Assembly: GCA_965226055.1 (NCBI GenBank)
Contig: CBDDCA010000006.1
Location: 608,001-672,000 of the forward strand
From: Spirochaetia bacterium
Lineage (GTDB): Bacteria > Spirochaetota > Spirochaetia > WTKD01 > G963693115
Direction: 5' to 3'
Length of the DNA stretch: 64,000 nt
The translations under genes and the position numbers were made by a program. Position 1 is the first letter of the stretch. Every line of letters begins with the position of its first letter. This document shows positions 19,688 through 30,438 of this stretch, piece after piece. The notes under the pieces were generated by a model. The model was given only the letters and a program-made list of their open reading frames with translations. It made no database searches and was not told the origin of the DNA.

Positions 19688-22600
19688 CTACGATGAAGGA
19701 CATGCTGTTTTATCAAATCTATCCTTTGGGTACCATGCTGTTTTGCTAAACATAGGCGAAGCAACAAAGTAAAAAGAATGTATTTGTGTCTTACAAGCTT
19801 TCCATGATGATAAATCTTGATAAAAAGCAGCAGCACCACCAAATATATTACCTATTTCAGTAACATTCCCTACATTCCAAGCACTGATATCTTGATTAAA
19901 AACACTTGCTAGAGCAAACATGCTTCTCATAACAGTAACATTACTTACATTCCAACTTCCTATGTTTTTATTAAACGCTTTTACTCCATAAAACATATTT
20001 TGCATATTAGTAACATTTCCTACATCCCAGTTTCCTATATCTTGATTAAATACACTTGCTTGCTCGAACATATATGCCATATTCCTTACCTTACTGGTAT
20101 TCCACTGTGTTATATCTCCATTAAAAGTACTATCTCCCTGAAATAACCTACTCATATCAGTAATTGCACTGGTATCTACCATGTTGAGATTGGGACTAGG
20201 GTTACTACTCTTCCCTCCTGTAGCTTGCCTTGTCTTTTCTTCGCTGATAATGGTTTGTAGTGCTGATTTTGTTGTTGGTCTGTAATAGGTAGCTGCTTTT
20301 CCTGATGGTGCTGCTCTTAGCTCTGTCTGTATCACGATGGTGGCTGGCACTTTTTTCTTTGAAGCGGTTATTGTACACTGCGCTACAGCATAGCTATACT
20401 CAGTAATAGCTGTGTCTCGTATATTGGACTTATTTGCTATGCCTGTTATAGTAACTGTTTTACTACTCTGATCAAACGATACTGCTAGCCCTGTCTCTTT
20501 TTTGATTTTCTCTGCATCTGCCTCCAGTATGTTTGCATCACAGGTAAAGGCAGAGTTACTAGTAAGTACTCTTGTAGTATTTGATGCTAGTGCTGTGCCT
20601 ACTTCTGCTGAGACTATGCTAGTGTTTCCTATAGCTATTCCTCTTGCTTCAAACTCGTGGCGTAGTCCAGTGGATGCTTTTGTGTCATCGGTGCTGTTTA
20701 CTGCTTGTACTACTATTTCGTAAGTTGTTCCGTTTGTCAATCCTGTCAGGGTAGTGTTTGTTGTTCCTGCTGCTACTGTTGTGGGGCTTGAGTCTGCTTG
20801 TTTTATTGCTGTTACGCTTCTTGCACTGCCACTTTTGGCTACTTTGTATACTTTGTACGATACTTGTGCTGTTGTTAGGGTAGCTCCTGTATTTGCTTTG
20901 TGGCTTGCATTGAGACTGGGAGCTGTCCACGATACTCTCATATCTGTTTGGGCTACTCTTGTTTGTATGCTTGATACTTCTGCGGGGGCTGTCGCCTGCG
21001 ATGCGGTTGTTACGCTTGCCACTGACGATACTACTTTCTTGCTAGGGTCTGTTTTTATTGCTACTTCTACCACAAAGTAATACTTTGTCGCTCCTTTTAT
21101 TGCTACTACTGGTGCTGTGTCTGATGACAAGCCTAAACTGGCAAGGGCTGGTACTGTGTACACTCCGCTACTTACACTGCCTAGGTTTATCTTTCTGCCT
21201 ACAAGTACTTCTGCTACTGTAGGGTTAGTGTCTTTCTGTAAGCCATACACTGTGTATACTAGCTTGTCATTTGCTATTATGTTTGTGCCATCGTAGTCTT
21301 TCGCTCCTGTAAATGTGCTTAACTCGGTAAGTACCAGCTTTATTGTTCCTGTAGTATTTGTTGACTGTGATACTACCAACTTTCCTGTGAGTAATGACTG
21401 ATTTGGTGCTACTGCTTTGGAAGTATACACTTCTTTTATTTCTGTTACATCGGTGTAAAAGCCTGCAGGAAAGAGCTTGTCGCTATTTGTTGCATCGTAA
21501 TTGGGAGATGTTGTGTTTACTATCCTCACTCCTATGTAGTAGTCCTTTGCTGTTTCTATGGGTGTTGCTCCTGCATTGCTTCCACTGGTACTATCTACTA
21601 TTGCTATGGATATGGTTGCTTGGTTTGCCACTCCTGTTGCCTTTACATACTTTGCTACTTTTACACTACTTTTTTCCACTGCCCATAAAGCCGATACGCT
21701 GGCAGGCTTTCCAGTAGTGTCTTCTTTCTTGAGGTATAGCACATAGTAGGCAAGGTCTGTTGCTGCAAGGGCATTGCCATTTGCTTTGCTCACTCCTGCT
21801 ATGTCTGAGGCATTTACTTGCACTGTTATTACTTTTTTCCCTCTGTTGCTTCCTGTTGTAGGCACTGCAAATACTACTGCATTACTGTTAGTGTAGGTGG
21901 TGCTTTTTGGGGCATTTGGTGGAGCAGTAAGCGTTGCTTTCTTTATTGTTACTGATGCTCCTATACTATAGGCGGGATTGAGGCTGTTTATCGCTTCTAC
22001 TCCTGCGGTATAGTCTGCTCCTTTCGTTCCTATAAATGTTGCTTTTAATGGAGTGCTATCTCCTGCTAGCTCCCGTGTTTGTACTCCTGCAAGGGCTTTT
22101 ATTTCGTCTAGTGTCTTTGTGCTATGGTCTCCTGCTACTATGTATACTTTGTACTGTATTTGTGCCTGTGTGAGTTTTGCTCCACTGGGTGCTTTGTTAG
22201 TATCAGTAATGTCTCCTGCACTAAATGTATAGACTGCTGTTGCGGTTGTTTGGGTTACTGACTCTACGGAGAGCTTTGCATCTTTGGGAGCGGGCGGTGC
22301 TGTCGAGGTGCTATCGTATACTGCTACTGCATCACTCAGTGCGGTTACTGGGCTTACTCTGTTATTTGCTATTTGCAGAAAATCAAAGCGATAATTCTTG
22401 GCATTTGCTTGGCTCTTGGGTACTTCTACGCCATCTGCTATCCCAAAGCTAATGGTGGTTGCTGTGTTTGTTATGCTTTTTTCTGCTACCAGTGTAGCTC
22501 CATCTTTCATACGCAGGGTGTAGTATCGCCCTATGCCAGGAGCATTCTTAAAAGTTGCTTTTATCTGTATAGCTCCTGTTGTGTCTAAGCTAGGCTTGCT

Positions 22601-24455
22601 TTGAAAGAGATCCTCTGAGGGAGCTGTGAGTGAGTTGGGTGTGGTTATGTCTTTTGTTGCTTGGCTACTTTTGTTTTCTGAGTAATCAAGCGTGAGTATT
22701 GTTATGGTATATGTTTTTCCTTGCGTGAGTTCTTCGACAGAGAGTGCTGTCGTTGGATAGGGTATTTTCTTCTCGCTCAGTACTGATGTGCTTGTGCCTT
22801 TCTCTGCTATGCTTATGCTGTATTCTTTTATGTCTTTGTTATTGGCTTTTGTTACATCGGGTGCTGTCCATGTTATCTGTGTGCCTATCTTTGCTGCTGA
22901 TACAAAAGGATAGCTTGCTTGTATGCTTGTTACTGCATCGGGGGCGGTGCTATCTGCTTCTGTGCTGACTGTGGCGGTTACTTCTGTTCCTTTGTTGCCT
23001 GCACTGTCCATTGATACGACTGCCACTGTATACTCGGTGGTAGCTTTGAGGCCTGGTATCTGCGTGTTGCGTACTGTTCTCTCTGTTATTGTCACTGTCT
23101 TTGCTGGAGAGCTACTGTCTTTTTCTGTTGCTGTTATAGTCACTCCTGCATAGTCTCTTACATCGGGGGCTTGCCAGCCTACTACTAGGCTTGTTGCTCC
23201 TCCTGTGGCACTCACATTGCTTACAGGCTCTGTGCTTTTGTCTGTTGTTGCTTGTTCTTTTGACACTGCAGTGGAGTACTTTCCGTTTTGAGAAACATAC
23301 ACTTCTACTTTGTAAGTAAGTGTGCCATAGAGTTTTGTGAGTGCTATGCCATCCTTTGCTACATACACAGTGGCGTACTCTCGATTGTCTGCACTTGCTC
23401 CGCTGACATTGGTTGCACTTGTATCTTTATCTATTGTCTCTTCTGCTACTATTGTGTTTGTTGCAGTTGCTATCACTCGTACTTGGAGGCTTTTTTCTGT
23501 ACTTCCTGTTCCAAAGTCAAAACTCCCCCACTTAATAAGCAGGCTTTCATCGGCTGGGCTATTGCTTTTATCGTTTGCTGTTACTGTAAGGTCTGATGCG
23601 GAAAGTGGCGTTACTGTTTGCGAGAGTGCTGATGGCACTATGCCTCTGAGTGCTTGCTTTGCCGTACTTTTGTTACCGTTGCTATCTTTGTATACTACCA
23701 CTATATCATAGCTTATGCCGTCTATGGTGGGGACAGCAATGCTCACCTCTCCTTGTGTTACATCTTGTACTGTTACTTCTGTCTTTACATTAGTAGTTTT
23801 TTCTATCACCTGTATTGTGGCTTCGGCTATGTCTGTTTTGCCTGATGAAAGCAGTGCTTTGTCCCATGTTAGTTTTATACTATCGTTTTGTGCTTTCTCT
23901 ACTGCTACCCGTGTAAAAGTGTCCTGTGGTGCAGTTTCATCGGTAAGTGTTGTCACAGAACGGGTTGTTTTTGGTGATACTTCTGTGTCTGAGCCTGAGT
24001 CTGATTTTTGGGCTTCTATCTCTACTGTATAATCGGTAGTAGCATGTAAGCCTCTGAGTGTGTAGGGTCTGTCTTGTTGAAACAATGCACGATATTCTAT
24101 TGCAGGAACACGAACCTGTATGGACTGTGCTGGTGCGGTAGATGTAGCTTTTACGACTACATGCGTAGCTTCGCTAGGAGCTTGCCAGCGTAACGAGAGC
24201 GTCCCATCATTGCCTGCTGCTTGTATCTGCACATTGGACACTGATGCGAGTGTCGGGGTTACTGGTGTTCCCCCTCCACCTGATGAGGAACTGCTACTGC
24301 CCTCCGAACATCCTACGAGTACGAGGGTAGTTATTGCTAGCACTACTAGTATAGCTAGGTTTTGCTTATATCGAGAGTGTACCCCCCCCCCCCCCGATTT
24401 TTTTCACGCTGTATAGCTCCTTGCTTTTGTAGCTATCATTCATCCATACTTTCAT
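19688..24455 (-). CDS. Large surface lipoprotein (FN3 repeats plus C-terminal DUF285/BspA-like repeats); true ATG at 24455, frameshifted at a G14 tract
   Basis: Lipobox LVGC; FN3 motifs (W.AP...Y.V.V); repeats FNQDI.NW(D/N)V.NVTNM; RBS AGGAGATTTTT-ATG at 24455 matches the paralogs but is out of frame with ORF 19688..24343 by one base. Confidence 0.85.
24382..24395 (-). repeat. G14 homopolymer (C14 on +) in the signal-peptide coding region
   Basis: Counted directly; 13 or 16 G restore the frame. Confidence 0.9.
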
Positions 24456-24500
24456 AAAAATCTCCTTTTTATGTATTTGTTATTATTTTACTTTTCTGTA

Positions 24501-24540
24501 TACATTACCTCTTTATATGTTACCTCTTTATACATTACCA
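24501..24540. repeat. About 2.6 copies of a 15-bp direct repeat TA(C/T)(A/G)TTACCTCTTTA
   Basis: tacattacctcttta tatgttacctcttta tacattacca, in the divergent promoter region. Confidence 0.7.
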
Positions 24541-24621
24541 TTGTAGTATAGTAACATATACTATGTATATTATACACTATATAAAAATATGTAGTATACT
24601 AAAAATAAAAGGAGTAATACC

Positions 24622-25236
24622 ATGTTTAATGATTCATATAAAGCTGATTATAGCAATAGAGACACTTCTCTCCCAGTAGATTCTATGTTTACTAAACGTT
24701 GGTCACCACGAGCATTTAAGAAAACAAAATTAGATTCTGAGATAATTGAAACACTAGGAGAGGCAGCACGCTGGTCACCTTCTTCATATAATACACAACC
24801 TTGGAGAATAATTTTAGCAGAAAATGGAAGCGATGATTTTAATACATACTTATCTGTTCTTGTAGAGTTTAATCAAATGTGGGCAAAAAATGCGTCTCTT
24901 TTAGGGTTTTTTGTCACTAGCCTTAATTTTGAAGAAGGAAGATCAAACAACACCATAGCAGCATTTGACACAGGGTTTGCATGGGCAGCCTTTACATTTC
25001 AAGCAAGAAAACTAGGATTATATACTCATGGCATGTCAGGACTAGATTACGAAGCAGCGTACAAAGTTCTTAGCCTTGATAAAAAACACCATATCATTAT
25101 TAGTGCATTTGCAGTTGGAGTACTAGATGAAAAAACTATATTACCAGAAGAATTACAAAAGAGAGAAATTCCAAGTGGCGAAAGATTACCATTGAGTAAA
25201 ATACTATTCAATGGTATCCCTAACAACATAGAATAA
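24622..25236 (+). CDS. Nitroreductase family protein
   Basis: KRWSPRAF, AARWSPSSYNTQPWR, FDTG and HGMSG motifs; RBS AAGGAG. Confidence 0.92.
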   Translation: MFNDSYKADYSNRDTSLPVDSMFTKRWSPRAFKKTKLDSEIIETLGEAARWSPSSYNTQPWRIILAENGSDDFNTYLSVLVEFNQMWAKNASLLGFFVTSLNFEEGRSNNTIAAFDTGFAWAAFTFQARKLGLYTHGMSGLDYEAAYKVLSLDKKHHIIISAFAVGVLDEKTILPEELQKREIPSGERLPLSKILFNGIPNNIE

Positions 25237-25278
25237 TCTTTTTAGTACTACCATATATTTTCATAGCTCTCATAAAAA

Positions 25279-25298
25279 GCCCTTATGAAAATAAGGGC
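25279..25298. terminator. Hairpin terminator between convergent nitroreductase and dapL
   Basis: GCCCTTAT-GAAA-ATAAGGGC preceded by an A-run. Confidence 0.7.
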
Positions 25299-25302
25299 AA
25301 GA

Positions 25303-26523
25303 TTAAAATATATGGAGCATACATTGCATTGCATGCTCTACTTTTTCTCTTTCATTAAAAGCACTAATACGTATAAACCCTTCACCATTTTTTCCAAACC
25401 CCGATCCAGGAGTAACTACTACCCCTGTTTTTTGTAATATTTCACGAAACATATCCCAGCTTGGTTTTTTTGCAGCTACCCATACATAGGGAGCATTCTC
25501 TCCTCCGTAACAATCTAAATGTAATTTTTTCATCGTATCAATAATGAGCTTTGCATTTTCCATATAATAATGTATACGGCTTTGTGTTTCTTTTTTCCCT
25601 TGTTCACTATATATAGCAGCAGCAGCTTTCTGCACAGGATATGATACACCATTAAATTTTGTAGTATGTCTTCGTAGCCATATATCCCTTACCTTTACAG
25701 AATCTCCCTCTTCATTCCATATATGACATTCCTCAGGAATAACAGTAAATGCACAACGCGTTCCTGTAAACCCTGCAGTTTTAGAAAAACTTCTAAACTC
25801 TACTGCACATTCTTTTGCACGCGGTATTTCAAATATAGATTTAGGAACAGTAGTATCTTGAATAAAAGCACAATACGCTGCATCATACAAAATAAGCGCT
25901 TTATTAGCTATTGCATAATCTACAAAATTCTTCAGTTGCTCATGAGTAGCACATTGACCTGTAGGATTATTAGGATAACAAAGATACAGTATATCAACTT
26001 CTTGCGTAGGAACAGAAGGGATAAAATTATTCATCTCATTTCCTTCTAAATAATATACTCCCTGATATCGACCATCTTGAAACCCTGCAGTCCTTCCTGC
26101 CATTACATTAGAATCAATATATACTGGATACACAGGATCAGGAACTGCAATTTTGGTACTGAGATCAAAAATTTCTTGAAAATTAGCAGAATCACATTTT
26201 GAGCCATCACTAACAATAATTTCTGTTGCATCTATAGATATGCCATGTGCTTGATAGTCATGGACGGCTATTGCTTCACGTAAAAAATCATAGCCTTGTT
26301 CTGGACCATATCCACGAAATCCCTTATCAGATCCCATTTCTTCTACTCCACTGTGAAATGCCTGAATTACCGATGCACTCAACGGAAAAGTAACATCTCC
26401 AATACCGAGTTTGATAATATCAATATCTGGCTGTTTCTTCTTTTCTTCTTGTATAATCTGTGAAATACGCGAAAATAAATAACTTCCTTGCAACTTACTA
26501 TAATGAGGATTTATCTTAATCAT
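25303..26523 (-). CDS. dapL: LL-diaminopimelate aminotransferase
   Basis: YLF, LGIGD, GYGPEQGY, SDGSKCD, CYPNNPTG and SFSKTAGFTGTR motifs. Confidence 0.96.
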   Translation of the reverse strand: MIKINPHYSKLQGSYLFSRISQIIQEEKKKQPDIDIIKLGIGDVTFPLSASVIQAFHSGVEEMGSDKGFRGYGPEQGYDFLREAIAVHDYQAHGISIDATEIIVSDGSKCDSANFQEIFDLSTKIAVPDPVYPVYIDSNVMAGRTAGFQDGRYQGVYYLEGNEMNNFIPSVPTQEVDILYLCYPNNPTGQCATHEQLKNFVDYAIANKALILYDAAYCAFIQDTTVPKSIFEIPRAKECAVEFRSFSKTAGFTGTRCAFTVIPEECHIWNEEGDSVKVRDIWLRRHTTKFNGVSYPVQKAAAAIYSEQGKKETQSRIHYYMENAKLIIDTMKKLHLDCYGGENAPYVWVAAKKPSWDMFREILQKTGVVVTPGSGFGKNGEGFIRISAFNEREKVEHAMQCMLHIF

Positions 26524-26606
26524 ATTTCTTATTCTACTATATTTTTAGCAATTCAATATATTTGCAACTTCATTTTTTCAATAGTATTACTTATGAACAA
26601 ACATTA

Positions 26607-27749
26607 CTACCCTCTTTTCTCCACTAACGATAGTATTTTATTCATAAGCTCTGCAGCACTCAACCCTTCATTCATCACCATTTTTGGAAACATACTTATA
26701 TCAGTAAAACCAGGTATAGTATTTATCTCATTTACTACCACTGAGTTTGGTACACTCTCATTATTTATTTTTTTAGTATAGAGAAAAAAATCAATACGAG
26801 CAAAGCCTCTACACCCTAAGGCAAGATACGATTGCTCTGCGTACTTACATATAGTATGCCTAACAGTATCTTCAATATCTGCAGGAATACACAAAGAAAC
26901 TTGAGATTCACTTGAATGATACTTCAAAGAATAATCATAAAAAGAGCCTTTATGTAACACTATTTCACCAGGAGCAAAACTTTCAATAGTGCCATCATCA
27001 TTTCCCATTACTGATACCTCTATTTCACGCTTCTTTTTCAAAAATGGCTCTAACAATATATATTTACCGTACTTTGCACAATCCACTAAAGCAGATGTTA
27101 ACTCTTCAGCACTTTTCGTACACGATATCCCAAATGAAGACCCGTTATCATTTGGTTTTACCATAATAGCAGTAGAACCAAGCATCTCCATACTTTTATG
27201 TGCTATATTACTCACTATACTATCATCTGCGCCAAGCACTGTATCACTTGACACTACAATATCAGAAAGCACTGGAATACCATGCTTACGCAATATTTCC
27301 TTTGCAAGATACTTGTTCATACAACACATACTTGCTATTGCATCACACCCAACATAGGGAACATTTGCTACATCAAGGAGATGCTGTAATGTACCATCTT
27401 CTCCAAAATGTCCATGTATAAGAGGAAATACTACATCTATAGGAAGTTGTGTCGGAGCTTGTATATTTTGCCATATACCTAAAGAAGGAACAGTAAATAA
27501 ACGCAATGTATCTGCTTCTTGTACATCCTGCGGAGTATGTAACGCAAGTGCAGATCCATCAAACAATGCACTCTTTTCTAGAGTTTCAGATACTATAGGA
27601 AGCTGTAAAAACCATTGTCCCTGCTTATTTACTCCACAAAGATACACAGTATGACCAGCATCAAGTAAACTTGTACATACAAATTTCGCAGATAATTTTG
27701 AAATTTCATGTTCATTTGATGTCCCACCATATACTAAAAGCACATTCAT
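26607..27749 (-). CDS. ddl: D-alanine--D-alanine ligase
   Basis: GGTSNEHEIS, HGHFGEDG, GSSFG, FYDY..KY and NEINTIPGFT motifs. Confidence 0.96.
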   Translation of the reverse strand: MNVLLVYGGTSNEHEISKLSAKFVCTSLLDAGHTVYLCGVNKQGQWFLQLPIVSETLEKSALFDGSALALHTPQDVQEADTLRLFTVPSLGIWQNIQAPTQLPIDVVFPLIHGHFGEDGTLQHLLDVANVPYVGCDAIASMCCMNKYLAKEILRKHGIPVLSDIVVSSDTVLGADDSIVSNIAHKSMEMLGSTAIMVKPNDNGSSFGISCTKSAEELTSALVDCAKYGKYILLEPFLKKKREIEVSVMGNDDGTIESFAPGEIVLHKGSFYDYSLKYHSSESQVSLCIPADIEDTVRHTICKYAEQSYLALGCRGFARIDFFLYTKKINNESVPNSVVVNEINTIPGFTDISMFPKMVMNEGLSAAELMNKILSLVEKRG

Positions 27750-27770
27750 TCTATATTTATTGTAATATAT

Positions 27771-29387
27771 TTACGATAGATACTTTTTTACTATGGTAGC
27801 TTCGTCCCACGCTATTTTTTTTTGCATACTGTACTCTATACTCTTTTCATGCCCCTTGCCAAGTAAGAGAACACTATCGCCTTCCTCTGCAAGCGATAGA
27901 GCAAAAGCAATAGCTTTCTCTCTATCAGGAATTAAAAAAAGAGTACTATTATACTCATGGTGTACACAGCTCTCTGCTATTTGTTGTAATATATCCATTG
28001 GAGTTTCTCCTCTCGGATCTTCATCTGTGAGTACAATAATATCTGCATACTTATCAGCTATAGATCCTTGTTCTTTTCGTTTTTGAACATCTCGTTCTCC
28101 TGCAGAACCAAATACAACAATAAGCCTTCCCTCTGTTTTCTGTGCAACAATAGGAAACAAAGACATAAAACTTTGTGGGGTATGAGCATAATCTATTATA
28201 ACGGAAAATGGTTTTGTATGAGCTATTGTTTGCATACGACCAGCAGGAGCCTGTAACAAAGACACCGAATGACAAACACGATAAAACGCATGCTCACTCT
28301 CTTCATTGCAATAGGCACAACAATAGGCATGCAACAAAGCAATAGCTAGCAGGGCGTTTTCCATGTTAAATCTGCCAAAACAATGTAAACATATTTCAGA
28401 GGAGTATGACACTTCAGTATGTCCATTATGTTCAGAATGAGCTGCACTACGATACCAAACAATCCCTTTCAAATATGACAATGACTCCTTTGTTATATCA
28501 ACATAATACTCCGCATTATTGTCTACTATAGAATAGGTAGCTACTTTTGCCTTTACACTGTTTGCTCTATCAATACATTTCTGTTTATATGTTTCTTCAT
28601 AGCGCACAAAACCAACAGCCTGTTCTTTTTGAGCATGAAGCTGTGAAAATAAATTACTCTTATCTTTCACATATTGTTCTATAGAACCATGAAAATCAAG
28701 ATGCTCGCTCCCAATATTAGTAAGACCTGCAAAATTAAAAGATACATCAATCATCCGTAAAGTTTTATGGCTTAACCCATGACTTGTCGATTCTAATACT
28801 ACTAACTCACACCCTTGCTTTGCCATCATAGCCACACAGCGAAAAATGTCAGGAGATTCAGGCGTTGACTGTCGATACCTATTTTCATGCACTTTCTTGC
28901 CATCATGATATTCTATGGTAGACCAATATCCAGCTTTTATTCCTAATGCAGTAGCAAGCTGATGTACAAAGTGTACTGACGTTGTTTTTCCATCAGTACC
29001 TGTGATGCCTATCATAACAGGTATCATACTATCGCATAAAAAAAATGCCTTTGCCAGCAAAGACATTACACGCCTAACAGTAGTGTCAGAAACTACCACT
29101 ACCCCTACTGAAAGAGGAATCTGCTGTCTAATAGTTACAAACACCGATTCTTCAACAAGAATGGCAGCAGCTCCCTGTTGTATTGCCGAATCAATATACA
29201 ATTTACCATGTGAATGAATACCACTCAAAACACAAAATAAATCCCCTTTTTCGACTCTTCGAGAATCGTATTGTATATTGTGTATCTCTACAGAAGCTCC
29301 CTGTACAAGAGTAGCATTAAAAACAATCGTTTCATAGCTTTTTTGTGCAATACCATTAGCTCTTTCTAATAGTTCCGAAAGAAACAA
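27771..29387 (-). CDS. murE: UDP-MurNAc-tripeptide synthetase MurE (EDPR specificity motif)
   Basis: GITGTDGKTT, STPES, ESTSH, DYAHTP, TDEDPR and GKGHE motifs; TTG start. Confidence 0.95.
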   Translation of the reverse strand: MFLSELLERANGIAQKSYETIVFNATLVQGASVEIHNIQYDSRRVEKGDLFCVLSGIHSHGKLYIDSAIQQGAAAILVEESVFVTIRQQIPLSVGVVVVSDTTVRRVMSLLAKAFFLCDSMIPVMIGITGTDGKTTSVHFVHQLATALGIKAGYWSTIEYHDGKKVHENRYRQSTPESPDIFRCVAMMAKQGCELVVLESTSHGLSHKTLRMIDVSFNFAGLTNIGSEHLDFHGSIEQYVKDKSNLFSQLHAQKEQAVGFVRYEETYKQKCIDRANSVKAKVATYSIVDNNAEYYVDITKESLSYLKGIVWYRSAAHSEHNGHTEVSYSSEICLHCFGRFNMENALLAIALLHAYCCAYCNEESEHAFYRVCHSVSLLQAPAGRMQTIAHTKPFSVIIDYAHTPQSFMSLFPIVAQKTEGRLIVVFGSAGERDVQKRKEQGSIADKYADIIVLTDEDPRGETPMDILQQIAESCVHHEYNSTLFLIPDREKAIAFALSLAEEGDSVLLLGKGHEKSIEYSMQKKIAWDEATIVKKYLS

Positions 29388-29422
29388 AGTGCTTACCTAC
29401 ATAAAAAATTAAGAAAAATTAA

Positions 29423-30436
29423 TTATCGCTGTCCTGTTGTATTATACAAATACCTAAAATAATCATAATCAGTAGATAGTATTTTATTTAATTGAGGAAG
29501 AGTTTTTTTGTACGATTCTATTGCAACCCAAAAAGAGAAAAACTGCGGTGATTGCTGATATGCTTCGGTATATATTTGAGTCGCTTCGGCATCTGCCTCC
29601 CCTTTTATTACCTCAGCTTTTGCATATGCATCGGAAAGAATAACTTTTTGTTCATTTTGCAATTCTCCCAATATTTTTTGCTTTCTTCCTTCTCCCCAAG
29701 CACGAGATGCCTGTGCTATTTGTTTTCGTTCTGATATCATACGATTATATACACTCTCTGTCAAATCTTCAGAATACTGAATCTGCCGAATAACAACATC
29801 AATAACCTCAATACCAAATTCTGGAGTAATAACTTTCACCACTTCTAGCATTTTTTGACTTAACGCACGACGCCCTTTCTCTATAGGAGACTGAGCTTCA
29901 CGCTGTGTTGCAAGATCAGTGATATCTACATCCTCTTGCCCTTCTTCTATAGTAAAAGTACTGGTTGTGGTTTGAAACTGAGTTTCAATAATTGCATTGG
30001 TATTACGAACAGCTTCCACTAAACGATTTTGAGAGATGGTAGTTCTTACTGCACTTTCTATTATATCATCTAAACGAGAATATGCTTGTGTCATAGTGTT
30101 GATAGAAGAATAAAACAGCTTTGGATCAAAAATACGCCACCGTGCTGTAGTGTCTACCCAAATAAACTGTTGTTCTAATGTTGGCACTCTTCGAGGCTCA
30201 CCATCCCAAGAAAGAATTTTTCTTGAATATGTCGTTACTCTATCAACAATAGGGAGCTTAAATTTTATCCCTGCTTCTATCTCGACACCAATAATTTCAC
30301 CAAAACGAGTAATAACCTTTTGCTCTCCTTCTTTTACAAAATATATTGAACCAGAAGCAATAACAATAACACATACTATAATAAAAATAAAGAAAAATAT
30401 AAGTATATTATTCATCTTTGAGGTATTTTTTGCCAT
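29423..30436 (-). CDS. hflC: FtsH modulator HflC
   Basis: SPFH domain; VYNRMISER; GEADAEA. Confidence 0.93.
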   Translation of the reverse strand: MAKNTSKMNNILIFFFIFIIVCVIVIASGSIYFVKEGEQKVITRFGEIIGVEIEAGIKFKLPIVDRVTTYSRKILSWDGEPRRVPTLEQQFIWVDTTARWRIFDPKLFYSSINTMTQAYSRLDDIIESAVRTTISQNRLVEAVRNTNAIIETQFQTTTSTFTIEEGQEDVDITDLATQREAQSPIEKGRRALSQKMLEVVKVITPEFGIEVIDVVIRQIQYSEDLTESVYNRMISERKQIAQASRAWGEGRKQKILGELQNEQKVILSDAYAKAEVIKGEADAEATQIYTEAYQQSPQFFSFWVAIESYKKTLPQLNKILSTDYDYFRYLYNTTGQR

Positions 30437-30438
30437 AA

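Noticed and set aside
20502-24416. Many short + strand ORFs opposite the large lipoprotein gene (and similar ones at 34173-41558, 56533-57000 and 62718-63311)
   Set aside because: Antisense shadows of codon-biased real genes; no RBS or recognisable motifs
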